Shown: positions 1 through 14,028 of the stretch, in pieces
Position numbering within the stretch: position 1 is the first letter of the stretch
How the letters are laid out: the number at the start of each line of letters is the position of its first letter
The notes under the pieces: model-generated
What the model was told of the DNA's origin: nothing
The model's database searches: none
What the model saw: the letters and a program-made list of their open reading frames with translations, nothing else
Translations under genes and position numbers: made by a program
From: Chrysomallon squamiferum
Taxonomy: Eukaryota; Animalia; Mollusca
Length of the DNA stretch: 64,000 nucleotides
NCBI GenBank assembly: GCA_012295275.1
Contig: CM022669.1
Location: 7,688,001-7,752,000 of the forward strand
Direction: 5' to 3'

Positions 1-32
1 GTATCTTCAAACAAATGTAAAACTTTTCTCAC

Positions 33-2385
33 ATTTCTCTTTACTCTTAAGAAAGAAGGCAACAGTGTCAAGCTGTCTGTGTTTTAGACCAGTCTCCAAG
101 GCATGAAGGGGTACAGTGCATCTAGACCATTTGTTCAGATCACACAGGGTATCTGCAGAAGTAGCTCCCCCATAAACCATCATCTGTTAAATAAATAAAA
201 ACTATATTAATTTATATTTAGCTTTAATTTTATTATTTTTACATATTTACCACATTCTATTAAATAATTAAATAATCAATATATTACATTAGTTTTAGTT
301 GTCTTTACACCAATATATCTAGACCTGTTAAATAATTAAAAACACTTTAATTTTAATTATATAATGTTTATATTAGTGTAACTATGCCATCATCTTTGTC
401 AAAAATTCAATAATTTAAATATTATTTTAGTTTTATTTATATAATGTTTATATAAATTTATCTACCAATATATCATCATCTATTAAATAATTAAATAATT
501 AAATAATTAATATATTAAATAATTAAATATTTATAATAATTAATATATTAAATAATTAAATAATTTATATTTTATTTTACTTAAAATATTTACACTAGTC
601 TATGTATACATAAATCACACACCTATTAAATAATTAAATAACTGAAATATTATTGTATTTTTAATTTTATTCTTATTTATAATATTTGAACCAATCTGTC
701 TACATATTTTGTGATACTAATTTCTCAAATGTACATCATCATTCAAGCTGACATGAAAGTGTATTTAGGCAAGATTTAATTTTCTGTTAATGGATGGAAA
801 TAAAAATTATTATCTTGCTTTGGCAACTAAATTTATTATTAAAACAAGTAATAGGTCATGTGGAATCAAAAGCTGTTAAAGTGTTATAATTTAAAAAAAA
901 ATTCCTGGTTGCTATCAAGCTTATCACACTGAACTGAGTGTAAATAAAACACAGTAGATAAATAAAGACAGTAATTTAAATCATTAATGACCTTGAACTT
1001 GACTGGTATTGAATGTTGTCCTGATTGGTGATTTGCAAAATTCAGGGGGAAAAAATAAAAAAAATAAAAATAAAATACAATTATAGAAGATACACTTTAT
1101 ATATTAAATTATGCAAGAACTGAAAGTATACATATGATTTATGTCTCTTTTATTTTTTTATCCTGAACGTTCTGGTTTAAAAACAGCATAAAAATTATTA
1201 AACCTTGTTTACAAAATCTTCATGTTCCATCCCAGGATGCATCACTATATGATAAAGAAACTGTTCTGAGATAATCATGTGAGGAAAACTATTGCTGTCT
1301 GACAGAATTAGTTGTTCATTGTTTGATAAGCTGTTTTGAAAAAAAATATAATAATAATTATTATTATCTAAACAGGAAGAATATAAAAAAATAATAATTT
1401 CTCAAATAAATGTATAATTAATATAATTTGAAAAATATTTAAGTAATTATTTATAATATTAAAGAAAAGTGAAAGCATCACAAAATGTAAAGAAAAGATT
1501 AACCCTTTAGAATTTAATGAAATAAAATTCTCATGTGGCCTTTTATAAAAAGAATAGCTTATTTGGATGTTTTATTAAAAGAGTATCTTAATTGGACTTT
1601 TATAAAAAAAAAATATTTTATTTTATGTGAACTTTTATAAAAATAATATTTTATGTGAAATTTTCAAGTAAAATATTTATGTGAAAATGAAAACTAAAAT
1701 ACAAACATACACACCTCTGAAAGATACACTTCTGACTTTGAGAATCAAAAAGACACAAACATTTTTCTTTGCCTTCAGATGAATGTAGCTCCATGGCAAT
1801 GGAAAATTCACCAACCACCATATTGACTGCTTTCCAGCCTGACAAACAAGATGGTAGTTCAAATGTATCTATTATTGTATCAAGCTGGACAGCCTTGGTA
1901 ACTGACGAAGTGTTTTTCTTAAAACCAGAAATTCTATCCTTTCCATAACCACTGAAATGTTTTGTTTGTTTATTTTGTTTAGTGTAACTTATCTGTTTTT
2001 CTAAACTAGTTGAAGTCAATTTCTCCTTCCAGTTAACATCACTTGTTTGAACACTATGTACTTTTTGGTAAAATAACTGGTCCCTTGGAATATGAGTGTC
2101 AGTCAAAAGGCTTCTTGGAAATGACTGGATGTATCCTGGAAGAGACACTATATGAATCAACCACTCAGAAGACAGAAGTACAAGTTTCTGTAAATCATGT
2201 GACACATTCCAGCAAATGATGTTAGACAAGTCTAGCTTTGTGTGAACAAGATCAATCTGATACAAAAAATGGCTGCTCCCAGTTTCCAACACAGCTGAGC
2301 AATTTGTTAAGAAAATAGTATTTTCATAAATATTCTTTCAGAGAAATTCAAAATAATTTACATTTAAGATGTCATTTTTATTTTT

Positions 2386-2416
<31 letters not shown>

Positions 2417-4344
2417 GTTTGTTTGTTAATTTATTCATTTTATTTGTTTTGTTGGGTTTTGTTTTTTTTACTGATTTTTTTTTTTTTTTTTTTTTGAGTG
2501 GTAAAATATACATAAAACAAAAAATCATTAAGATAAAAAGTGAGTATCTATTACCAGGAAAAATACTGACTAAGCTGTGCAATAAAAATCTCAAAAAAAA
2601 AAGAGGTAATAAACACACATATTGCTAACAATGTTAAGTATTCTGATTAGACATGAAGATGGATTGTCAGTGACTGCCCATATATTTCTTTCAATGTTTA
2701 ATTTTATATTAATTATTATTATTATATTTTTTAATATAATTATGTTTTTTTTCTAAAAGCACAATAAAAAATATGTAATATTAACTGACTGCTAAACTGA
2801 TAAACCCTGTATGATACATTATATATATGTGTATATATATATATTAATTGAAAAAAAGATACAGATTGTGTTTTCAGTTTTGTTAAATATTGCCACCTGG
2901 TTAGAAGACAATTGAAAATATGAGAAGCTGCAAGTTTCCTTTTGTTTTGAGGAAATTCTGGAAATGATGTTGACATCACATGAGTCTTTGGAAAACTTGG
3001 CCTCCACAATAATAGACAAGTCAACTAGAAAGAGGTAAGTGTCTAAGGAACTAGTTAGGAGACGTACTTCATTACAAGATGTCACACCTGAAATTAAATT
3101 AGTAAAATTAATTATTTAATCTTAAATTTTATTTACAAAAATTTGTAAGTCAACAAATCAATTAAGTTGAATGCATAGATTGATAGATGTGTAAATGATT
3201 GAATGGACAGATGGATGGATGGATAGATGGATGAATGGATGGTCTGGTGCAAGAACTGGCCTTGAAGATGATTACAAGCATTCATTATTATTTTACATTT
3301 TTATCTTATTTGATTCTTACTCTTAACCATATGACAAACAAATATTCAGAACAGTTAAAAACTAACTTTGTGTTAATAAGTAATTTGGGAATGGATAAAG
3401 TTTTAACTATAAATTTTATGGTTTTATAAATCTTTCAAGACAGTCCATGTACCTTTGTGCTGAAGTTCATTTTTCAAAGTATCTATTGACAACTGGTTTG
3501 ATAAAAGCATGCCACTGCTGCTGATGCTGTGTTCTGTAAGTGTGTCATTTCTTGTGCTTGTCACACAGACAATGTTTTCATCTGCAGACTGTCGTAAATT
3601 TTGTTTCCAACAAAAACTGAAAAATACATTTAAAAAGTATTGAAACACTAAACTGTTCTATAATTTATACATGGTAGATATGACAAAAAGGTAATTCAAA
3701 ACATATCAAAGGAAAAGATGGATTACCTGTAATAAATAGTCTGATCATATTGACTTTTTATTACACATAATAAATTTTAAATACTTGCAACGCACTATGT
3801 TAGTGTTACTTAATATGAATACTATAACAACGCTGTAAATTTGGTATAAAATTTATGTTTTCATTTATTTTTTTCATACTTCATATGCCTATTGATTAAA
3901 TATGTATGTATGTATTTATAAACATGGTTCGTGACAGGGAAGAAAATTACAGCAGAAAAAATAAAAGGCTGCTCATCTAAAATCTATGCAGCTTGTCTGG
4001 TTTGTTTCTAATCGTGTATGTGAAATTTTTCATGCACTGTTTTTTTTTATACATGTCGATCTTTGTAAATGAAATGTTTCCTTCCATTTTGTACTTTATA
4101 TTTTATCATAAACATACCTTTTAACATTATCTATTATCAAACCATCTTCGGGAAATGTTTTTATTTTAAGACTCCACAAAAACAACGCGTTGTCGTAATA
4201 ATGAATTCCCAGCCAATTATAATCTGGTGATAAATAAATATGTTGTATATTTTGCAAAATAAGTTTCTTTCGGAATCTATATACTTGACATTTTAAACAA
4301 GAATCTCCGAAATTAGACATTTTATTTCTCTTATGGGCGGCCAT
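33..4344 (-). CDS. SPG11: Spatacsin (SPG11), 5' part; the gene continues off the left edge. Exons 4344-4118, 3616-3453, 3087-2863, 2294-1715, 1330-1204, 183-33
   Basis: Exons 5-6 translate to EDFVNKMMVYGGATSADTLCDLNKWSRCTVPLHALETGLKHRQLDTVAFFLKSKE, which matches the spatacsin segment I recall as EEFLNRLMIHGSASTVDTLCHLNGWGRCSIPIHALEAGIENRQLDTVNFFLKSKE. Exon phases join from the ATG at 4344, with intron 3 being U12-type. Confidence 0.9.
2295..2862 (-). other. U12-type (minor spliceosome) GT-AG intron, SPG11 intron 3
   Basis: Minus-strand donor GTATCTTT at 2862. Branch-like TTTTCTTAAC (2315-2306) lies about 10 nt before CAG with no polypyrimidine tract. This donor gives the phase 1 junction that exon 4 needs. 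Confidence 0.85.
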
Positions 4345-4509
4345 TTTGTCTTATCACATGACCAAAAAAACTTTTATAAACAAAACATCCCACGAGATAG
4401 TCTCGATTATATCACTGTTTTCATCCATTCGAGACTTTAAAGAAAGCGGAAGTTATCATGTAACAAAATGTCGAGAATGTGGAAGTATCGGATTTAGTAA
4501 ATTGTCAAA
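4345..4509. promoter_or_regulatory. Compact bidirectional promoter shared by SPG11 and the MTMR10-like gene
   Basis: Divergent ATGs at 4344 (-) and 4510 (+) are 165 bp apart. CpG is locally retained. There is an ETS-type CGGAAGT at about 4447 and a YY1-type CAAAATGGCCGCC overlapping the SPG11 ATG. Confidence 0.8.
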
Positions 4510-6367
4510 ATGTCCGGCCGTGGGCGCTTCAAATCCTACCTGAATCAATATGAAGTGGAAATGAAAGAAAAGGGAAAAGCGGTAGGAACAGCAATTTGTA
4601 TATTAGCATGTTTTTTTAAAAAATATATTGATCTTAGGATAGTGATTTGTCAAGCCTAAAAATTCGTTTCTGCTTCAACTTGTACTTTGTAGTTGTACAA
4701 CTAAACGTATTTATAAGGTCATATGTCAGACTGTTAACTCAGTAAATGTTCAGTGTTCTGAAGTTTACTGATTTATGTACATTATTCTGTAAGGCAACAT
4801 TTATGAACTTCATAAAAATTGCATTATCAGTGTTATGAATATAATTATATATGGTTTTGTGACATCAACGACACAGGTATTTCAAGTGCCCCGCCCCTTA
4901 CCACTGATGCCGTCAGAGATAAAATTAATGACAGTCACGATGTCCCGAAACGCCCATAAAATCCTTACATGTAAATAAGAATATTACTGTGTAAACAAAA
5001 CCCAGCTGTAGTTCAATCTCAATCATTTTCTGTTTTGAATATCATATGACTATATAGTATATGTATTAATAATTTATTAATTCTAAAAAAAAAATGAAAA
5101 GATAAAAAACATATTATAAATATTCATTCAGTGTGACATTTAATATGATATTTAGACATTTGATATAATATTCAAGGTGATTAAAAAAAAAAAAATTCTC
5201 ATCTCACAAACACAATTGGCAAATTGCATGTTTTTTTATTGAATTTAAAACAAAAATATTTATATATATAATTATTACTTATATTTTTAAAATATTTGGT
5301 TTCACATTAAAGTTTTCTAATTTTTAATGGTGGTTGTTTTTAATAATAAAAAAAAACATTTCTGTAAATAATCAGATTTGTATTACCTGTTTGATGATCG
5401 GGATTGTTGCTAAAGGATTCTTATTAAATATGATGGTATAAATGAATAGTCTATATATGTTTTGTATAATACAATTGACTTTTAATTTTTAGATACAAAT
5501 TTTTGCTAATAATAAAATATAAACAAGAAATGAATATTAAAAAAAAAAAATAAGACATCAAATGCTAATTAATTGTCAGTGATTTTCGTATATTTTCTGT
5601 TTTACTTTTACTGTTGGCATTATCATGATGCTTATCACTTCTATGTATATTAGTTTCTGTTTTATTATTCTGTGAATAAAAGAATGTCACAGTATGAAGG
5701 AAAATGGCAGTCCCTAAGTTGCAGTCAAAGCAATCTGATTTTATTATCTCTCTTTATTACTGGCAAAGATTGTTGTTCACACTAATATTTAAAACAATCA
5801 CAATGAAAGTATACACAGTGTATTAACTTTAATGTTTATACCATCAGATACACACTTTAAATGTTGGTGATAGAAATGAAATGATAAGGATCCCTTTGGA
5901 GGTTTTGCAATTTTTTACTAATCTGTGAGTCTGGTGTATTTGGGTTTCCAGACCTTTAAGTCATATGTTGATGATGAGTCAAAGACAGAGGAGGGAAATG
6001 AGGAGGAAGAATTTGTAAGTACATAAATATACTTAGCTGTGCATGTTAACATCTCTTGCGGTGAAATGTGGTTCTGCTTCTTTCTTATTCAGCCATAATC
6101 CTTACTTTATGACTTTCCATATAATATATCATAATATAATCCAGTATTTGTTTCTTATTAGTCACATAGAATTATATATGTTGACAGTATACCAAAACAG
6201 TCCAAATATTTGCAGTAATGCTCTTACATGAGGCGTTTCTGATAGTAAGATAAATGTTTATTATTTATTTTTACTATTTTTGGTTTTAAAATGAAGATAA
6301 ATATGTAATAAAATTTGATAATATAACCTATTGTTTATTTTTAGTCATGCCTTAAAACAGAAAAATA

Positions 6368-6441
<74 letters not shown>

Positions 6442-9400
6442 ACCTACATATATGTATATAAACACTCAGTAACCTTCTACTAATAATCTTCTACTATGGT
6501 TTCAAATACTAGTATATTGTTTTGGTAGATATATTAGTGAAACCTAGTAAATTCTCTAATATTCTGAGGGTTCATGTGTGATTGAGTAAGTGACTATCAA
6601 ACTGATTCTCAGAATATAGTAAACTTTCACAGACAAAATTTTGAGTAACTTTTACACCTATTAGTAATTGTGGGAAATATTATAAAAATTCCATGTGAAA
6701 AATTAAAATCAAGGTAACAAACTTACTGTTGTAAACAGGGTCACAGATAAAAGCTATGTGACAGAAGATGCAGTAAAACACATATATTTTTTTTAATGAA
6801 TAACATACATAACAATTATAATCTGCATTGAAGAAATGTTTTCTAAGCAGACTAATGTTGATAATAACTACAGAAAACAAAAAAAAAAAAAAAAAAAAAA
6901 AAAAAGAAAGGAAAAACCAAGAAAGAATACACCCATACACACATTTAAAAAAAGAATAATAAAAAAATCACAAATTCAGATAATAAATTTCATCACTGAT
7001 TAAATTCTAAAATATAGTGTTATACAGTAACAGTTTGACATCCACTTTAATCAAAACAGTCAGATGGAACTATGATATTAACAATGATATAAATTAATTT
7101 GTTATTTTGTTTTAAGATACATAAATTTAGACTTTTGTGAAAAATGCATGTTGGTGACAAGTTGTAGCGGTTCTAATTATGAATATCATTAATACATAGA
7201 AGAATTATTTTTCTTTTTCCTCATTGTTTATACATTTTCTACTTCTTTTTGTAAAGAATGGGGATTGAGTTATGACTGTTCACTAAGCTTCATATCTAAT
7301 TTAAACTAACTAGAGAAAATTAGAAACAACATTACTACCATAATTAACTAAAATAAAAATATAATTAACTTTTAATTTACAGCAACCATACATAATTAGC
7401 TTTAACCAGAAAACAACTTTTGAATGGAATACAGTTTTTCAAACAAACTTCAAATTTAAAATGTTATGCATTTTTTTTTTTTTAAAATACAGTTGCTGTG
7501 GCTGCATGAAAAAAATGCATGTGAGTTATTTAAGTTTTTTTTTTTTTTAATCCTTTATATATATATATATATATATAGTATTAGAAGATTTAGGGGGTTA
7601 TGTTCTTTCCCTCATTAGAATACATTTTATTGGATGCAGTTTTAAAAGCGGATTATGGGATTATTGAGTTACTAAATGCTTCCCAAACACTTTCTAAAGA
7701 CACTCTTATCATTAATACAGTAATAAACTATTGCAGAAAATTAGAAACAATGTATTAATGATAATGTAAACACATTTAAAATAAAATATAAACAATATTT
7801 TAATCAGAAAGAAACGTAAGTACAGGACACAGTAATTAGCATAGCATAACCCATACTGTAAAAATATAAAGTCATTTTCTATTTGAATGTTTTGACAGAA
7901 ATGGAACAAATTTTTCAAAACAACAGATAAATATTGCAATTAAAAAAATTAATACACGGTCACAAAAATATGCATGTATTTACAGTGTTTTTAAAAAAAT
8001 ATGTACTGTATTGCAATAAAAATTGAAAAAATTTGATATTTTATTTTTTTTTTGAGCATTTGTTTTTTATATATATTTTCGCCTGGTATACCAGCATACA
8101 ATCGATAGGGTTAAGAGCCTAACATAATTTCACTTAATGGGGAACCTTGAAAACTGTATATAATTATTTTTTTGCTATTCAGAAAGTATGTATCTTGCAT
8201 CAGACACCACACATGCACACAACAAAACAAAACAAATGTATATGGTGTACATATAGCATTTTCATCAAATACTCATGTACAAAGAGATACAATCACAAAA
8301 TGATACATATTTTCATTCAAATTAAAAGATGCATGCATACCAGAGGCATCTCTTAACTTCATCAATCATAATTAATCACTTGTAATTTATTGGTGATCAT
8401 TTTTACAAATTGCTAATACTAACACAAACACACATTTGTAGAATACCATTCATATATCTGCCAAAAGATTTTTATGAGCTGACCTGTATTTGTCAGCTTT
8501 TTAAATTATCAGGGTATGGCACTGTATACAGGATACTTCCTTTTTCAGTTATTGTCAGTTTTGTGTGTGATGTTTGAATGAGGAAGCAACAGCCCCAGTG
8601 AATATGTCATATCCAAGTGAATATATTAACAGTAGATGAAGCACGGAATGAATTAGTGTTTCAGCTGAAATACATATTGTTAACATATATTATAGGAATT
8701 AAATTACAGTTTTTGTGAATAATGCCTTTGTTACATTTTGGTAAATCTCATCATTTGAGAAAAAAGGTACAGTGTTACTGAGTTTTTACTAGAAAGAAAA
8801 TTAGAACAATTGAAAAATAACTTGATTAATACTTTCCTTTTGCAGATATTGTTCTTTTTCAGTTATAATAATAATAATTATTATTAGAATTTGTTTTACA
8901 CAGATTTCTTCTCATATGATTTGTAATTGAGATTTCTAAAAAAAAAAATAATAATTACAAATAAGGATAATTAATAATCCAAACTGTTATTTCCTGAACT
9001 GAAGTATGGAACATAATACCAACATATTGTTATATATATATATATATCATTTCATGTGCGTGTATATTATTATTATTTTTTTTATAAATGTGTTCTTTTT
9101 GTCATTGTTTTAAATTAATGTCTGCTAACAATAGTTCAAATGTTTTGCTGTGTGGATTCTGATACAGAATCTGTGGTAGGAATATAAATTTCATACTAAT
9201 TACAGACTTGTTAATTATTACTTGTGTTTACTCACGGAAATTAGTTATTTAATTTGTATATTTTAAACAGGTAACAGAAATATCATTTGAGATATCTGTA
9301 TAATGTAGACTAGTTATGTGTGTGTGATTTAAAAATTTAATTTAGAATTGTTATGTACAACATATCTAAAATGTTGACAATTTTTAGAATTGCTACCTAT

Positions 9401-12400
9401 TTTGTATATTTTAACTAGTGACAGAATTTCTATACAAGATATAGAATAGCATGAAACTTATAGATTGTTACAGAGATACTATTTAAGATATTTTTAGAAC
9501 GTTGTATCATGTAAATGATAAAAATAAACTGATACTATGTAGAATTCATGGTTTTGGTTTTGTAGAAAGTTTATGTACTAGAAAATACAGACTGTTGTAA
9601 GGCATGCCTGTCTAGAATACACAATCCTAGATATAACAGTTTTCCAGTTAAGTCTTGTTTAATTATCAATTATCAATATCAAGATTTTGTGCTTGCTTAA
9701 AAATTGATCTTTATGGTTATTTATTTTGTTATTTAATACTTGTATACATGTGCAAAGTCGAGTTTAATTGTTTTCTTAACTTTCAGGTATGTAATTTAAT
9801 CCTGATGTGAGAAGGTTGCTATTGGGTTTCTTTCTGTTTGTTATTTATTACCTGCATGAGGAGATTATGTTTAAATATTATTTTCTCATAAAGGAATATA
9901 TATTTACACGAGACTGCTTAAAGCACTGTTAAAGGCTAAAGGATTGAGCCTTGCCACAGAACAAATCAAGCTATTTCCCATTAACACCAAAGTCCTGTGA
10001 CTGTGCTGTGATCTTTAGCTTTTTTGCTTGTTTGTTTATTATTATTATTTTACACATTAATTTTTTTTACATTTTCATTTTTTTTTTTTTTTTTATTATT
10101 ATTATGTTTTTTTCATTCTAACAATTTTTCCCCCCTCTCTGTGAGAAGTTATACCAAGGATTCTTGCTGCAAGAGAGGGGAATAACCTGTGCAGTAGTTG
10201 CAAAATATTTAATGCACCAAACATTGCTACACAAAGCAGTACAACATCCATTAATGTTAAAATGTATTAAATGTTCACTGTTGCAGGAGGAAGTGGAAAA
10301 ATCTGCCAATGATTTCTTTGAAGGATTTCCAGACCCAGGAAACCTCTTTAAAGGTTTTTTATTTTCATTTTTATATTCATTACTATATTCAAAAGTAGTT
10401 ACAACTGCAATAATTATGAATCTGTTGAAAACAGTAATGGGTTATTTTTTTTAATATATATTAGTAAAGATTTATAAATATTTGTCAGTCTCATTACAAG
10501 AAAATGTTTGTTGTTCTTTTTCTATGGACCACACAAAACTGTTTTTGTTTTATAATAATTAGTAAAATAAAAATAGGTATTTAAATTTTTTAATTTTTGT
10601 TTTTAATTTTAATATTATTGTGTTACAGGAGAAAGAGTAATAGCACATGCTGATAAGGTGCTGAAATTTGCACCATACTCGGACCGGAAACAGGGCCTCT
10701 CTGGTCACATGTTTGTGACCAACTTCAAGATTGCTTTCATGACAGCAGACAGATCATCTTATGAGGAGGTAAAATTAACACTTGTGTGTTACTTTAAAAA
10801 GTCATTACTTATTATCATTGTGGCAGTCCTCACGTTAGGATTAACTCTGAAATGCATTGCTGAAATTATTCAAAAAATAACGATGATGTATTACTGGAAT
10901 TATTCAAAAAACATAAAGCAGTGTACTATAGGAATATATATATAAATTATATATAAAATTAAATTAAAAAATGCATTTATAGGAATGCATTACTGGAATT
11001 ATTTTAAAAGTTTTAGTATTTTATTATATGGGAATTATTTAATTATTAATTTACTGGTTGGTTATTTTGATGATAGCCTCTATGAATTTGTTATTAATAT
11101 ATCCATCTTTCATGTCTAAAATAAACTGTAATAAATATATTTTCACCTACTTAATATCAAACTAGAGTCAGTTATATTTTTTCAGTTTTGTTTTAAAAAA
11201 TCTGAAGCATGTTTTTGTTTTGTTTTTTAATTTTATTATGCTGGGATGTTGTTAAATGTTCATTCATTCATTCAGTCATTCATTTTCCTTTTTGCTTTTT
11301 GAATTACAGCCAGATAAGAAACAAGAAAGGAGTCAGCTGATAGGTGAACATGATATTCCTCTGACTAAAGTTGACAGCATCTATCAAGGTAAATTAGAAC
11401 CAAATAATGTTAATAATTATGTACAATGTAAGTGCACTGAGTTAGGTATCTAACACAGAAAGTGATTTTTATTTTATTATTATTTTTTTTTAATCTGTGA
11501 AAAAAGACATTTCTTTTTGGATTTTCAAAAACATTACTTTGAATTTTTATTTTAAATTTGAATCCTGAAAATTATTCTTTATACATAAATATTTTGTTTT
11601 TTTATTAGGTTATTATAATTATTTTAATTTTATTTAATTTGTTGTTTTTTTTTTAGTTTTTTTTTTATGTTTTTTGTTATTGTTTTTGTTTGGTTGTTGT
11701 TGTGTGTGTTTGGGTGGTTTATGTTTAATTATTATTTTTTAAATTATTTATTTATTTATTATTAAACTGCTTTGTAAAAGTATTTTCTTCTCAAATTTTC
11801 AGACATAAGTAATAATAATATTCGTAGTTTGAAGGAAATGTTGTACCCATTAAATATAATTGAAAAATTTTCTTTGTTCTAGTTATTTCTGGAGGCAAGA
11901 AAAAGAAGTTGTTACCTGGAAATTCTGTTTCTAACCTCACCAAGTATCTAGAAATTCATTGTAAGGTATGAAAAATAGAAGTCTTACTTGATCAAGATGA
12001 AAATTAATGAAAGAATATTTTAAAATTGCCAAAGCACATTTTAATGTTGAAAGATAACAAATTTAATTATTGTTCATAGCAATGGTACTTATTAAAAAAA
12101 ACCTCCTGCTCTGTTTCTGTGGTTTATTTAAGTTATATTAGCTGTTAGTGATAATTAATGTGCACCTACTCATAGATTGGAAAACATGTTATGTTTGTAA
12201 CATTTTTAGAAATTCAGAAGATATTCCAGTTATTCACATTAGATTGCACCATTACAGATTCTGACTCAGAATAAATGTTTTTTGTTTAACCAGAAAAAAA
12301 AATATATAATAATAATGATGATTGCCTATACAGAGTAGTGATTTCAATTTTAACTTGATTCTCATGATTTCTATATGGCATGCAGACTATTCATTTCAGC

Positions 12401-13992
12401 ATTCATGTAATTTTTTCCCTTTGGCAGTTCATTTCTGTTGTTTATTTACCCATTTCTCTTCGTTTCAGTTCTGGACTTAGAATTGTTGTTATTGTTACAA
12501 CCACTGATAGCGTAGCATTTGGTTAAGTATAAAAATATATGTGTAATATTTATTTTTGCAGGATCTGCAGATTCACACCTTTGGTTTCAAGTTTTGTCCT
12601 AAAGAACACAAGAAAACTGTGACAAATGCCATCGTCCATCATGCACATCCAACACGAGCAGATCTTTTGTTTGCCTATGACTATGGACATCATAGCAAAT
12701 TTCCTGGTATTTTTTTTTTTATTTTTTTTTATTTTTTAGTATAATTATTTTTTCAGTTAAAAATGTTATTCTTAAATTTCTATTTGAATTATTTTACATT
12801 TTATTTTCCATTTAAAATGGATAAATGAATGTTTGTAACTTTAGTATGTTAGAATATTTTATCTGGTGCAAGATTTGAGAAATTAAAAGCAAACAAAATA
12901 AATCAATACAATCATTTTTTTTTAAATTTAATTTGTCAAAATATAATTCTACATTTTAATGTTATAAAATAAAAATGGTGTTTGTTTCAGAATAATTAAA
13001 AAGAATTGTATGTTATTATGTCTTTGACTTGTTAAGGGTTTCAGTAATTAATGACAAAGCAGAATTTTTTTTTCTTCATTTGTTCTCTAGAAATATTATT
13101 TCTGAATTTAATGAATTTTATCTGAAACTCTAAAATGAAAAGATAAAAAAAAATAATAATTTTCAAACAAACTGTAACAAAACCAGATTAATGAAATAGG
13201 TATACATTTTGTTGCAGAGAACAGACTGAAAATGCCTCTGTTTTTTGAGAAACAAGACTGGGAGCAGGAGCTCAATCGTCTTCACTGTTTTTCAGACTGG
13301 AGGGTCACAGAGGTCAACCGTGAATTTAACATTAGCATGAGGTAAAACTTTGTGAATTCATATTTATTTTTTATTATTATTATTTTTTTTTCTATGCATT
13401 CATTTTCCTTTCCGAATTTTTGACAACTCTTACATTTAATAGTATTGTAGAGTGCACTATAAGAAATTAGACTCTGAATATAGTAATAATATTTGATCAT
13501 TACAAAAACTACAAATTAAAAACAGCAAGCTTCATCTTGGATAAAAGATAATCAGAAAACAACCTAATTAATTAATGGTAAAAAAAACTCTTTTTTTTCA
13601 AACATTTTAATTGTGAAATGTCAGAGAGTGTATCAAATGTTAATGAACATGTTTTTTTTTCCTTGCAGCTATTCATTTGATTGAACGGTGATGTTTGATT
13701 TACTTGTATTTTTCTGTTTATGTTTTTTCAGTCTGCCAGAATACTTTGTGGTGCCAATGCGTCTTTTGAATGCTGACTTGAATAAAGCAGCCTCCCAGTT
13801 TATTGATAATCGTTTTCCTGTAAGTTTTTCACTTCACAAAGCATACATACTCCCCTCTCTGTTACAGAAATATTCAAATCTAATATTAGCCTTATGGTTT
13901 AGAAAGAAATATTTCTGGTGCCAATATATATTGACCATGTAATAAATAAAAAAAGAAAGTTTTAGAAATATTTTTTTTAAACTGATTTTTCA

Positions 13993-14028
<36 letters not shown>

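Noticed and set aside
480-660. Periodic AAATAATT repeats here and the 16.2-16.6 and 18.8-19.2 kb arrays as CRISPR-like arrays
   Set aside because: Eukaryotic context, degenerate units, no constant repeat with unique spacers, and no cas genes.
1720-1727. Second U12-like GTATCTTT near the end of SPG11 exon 4
   Set aside because: It gives the wrong phase for exon 5 and there is no U12 branch box at that acceptor. The GT at 1714 fits.
2891-2897. CAG|GTGGCA as the productive donor of SPG11 exon 3
   Set aside because: It gives phase 0, but exon 4 needs phase 1. The U12 donor at 2862 fits both the frame and the branch site.
6545-6620. Inverted repeat ATATTCTGAG...CTCAGAATAT as a pre-miRNA
   Set aside because: Only about 10-14 paired bases around a large unpaired interior; more like a decayed MITE or chance.
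10164-10286. Upstream extension of ORF 10164-10454 as MTMR coding sequence
   Set aside because: It lies before a good TTGCAG acceptor at 10286 and has no family similarity; treated as intron.
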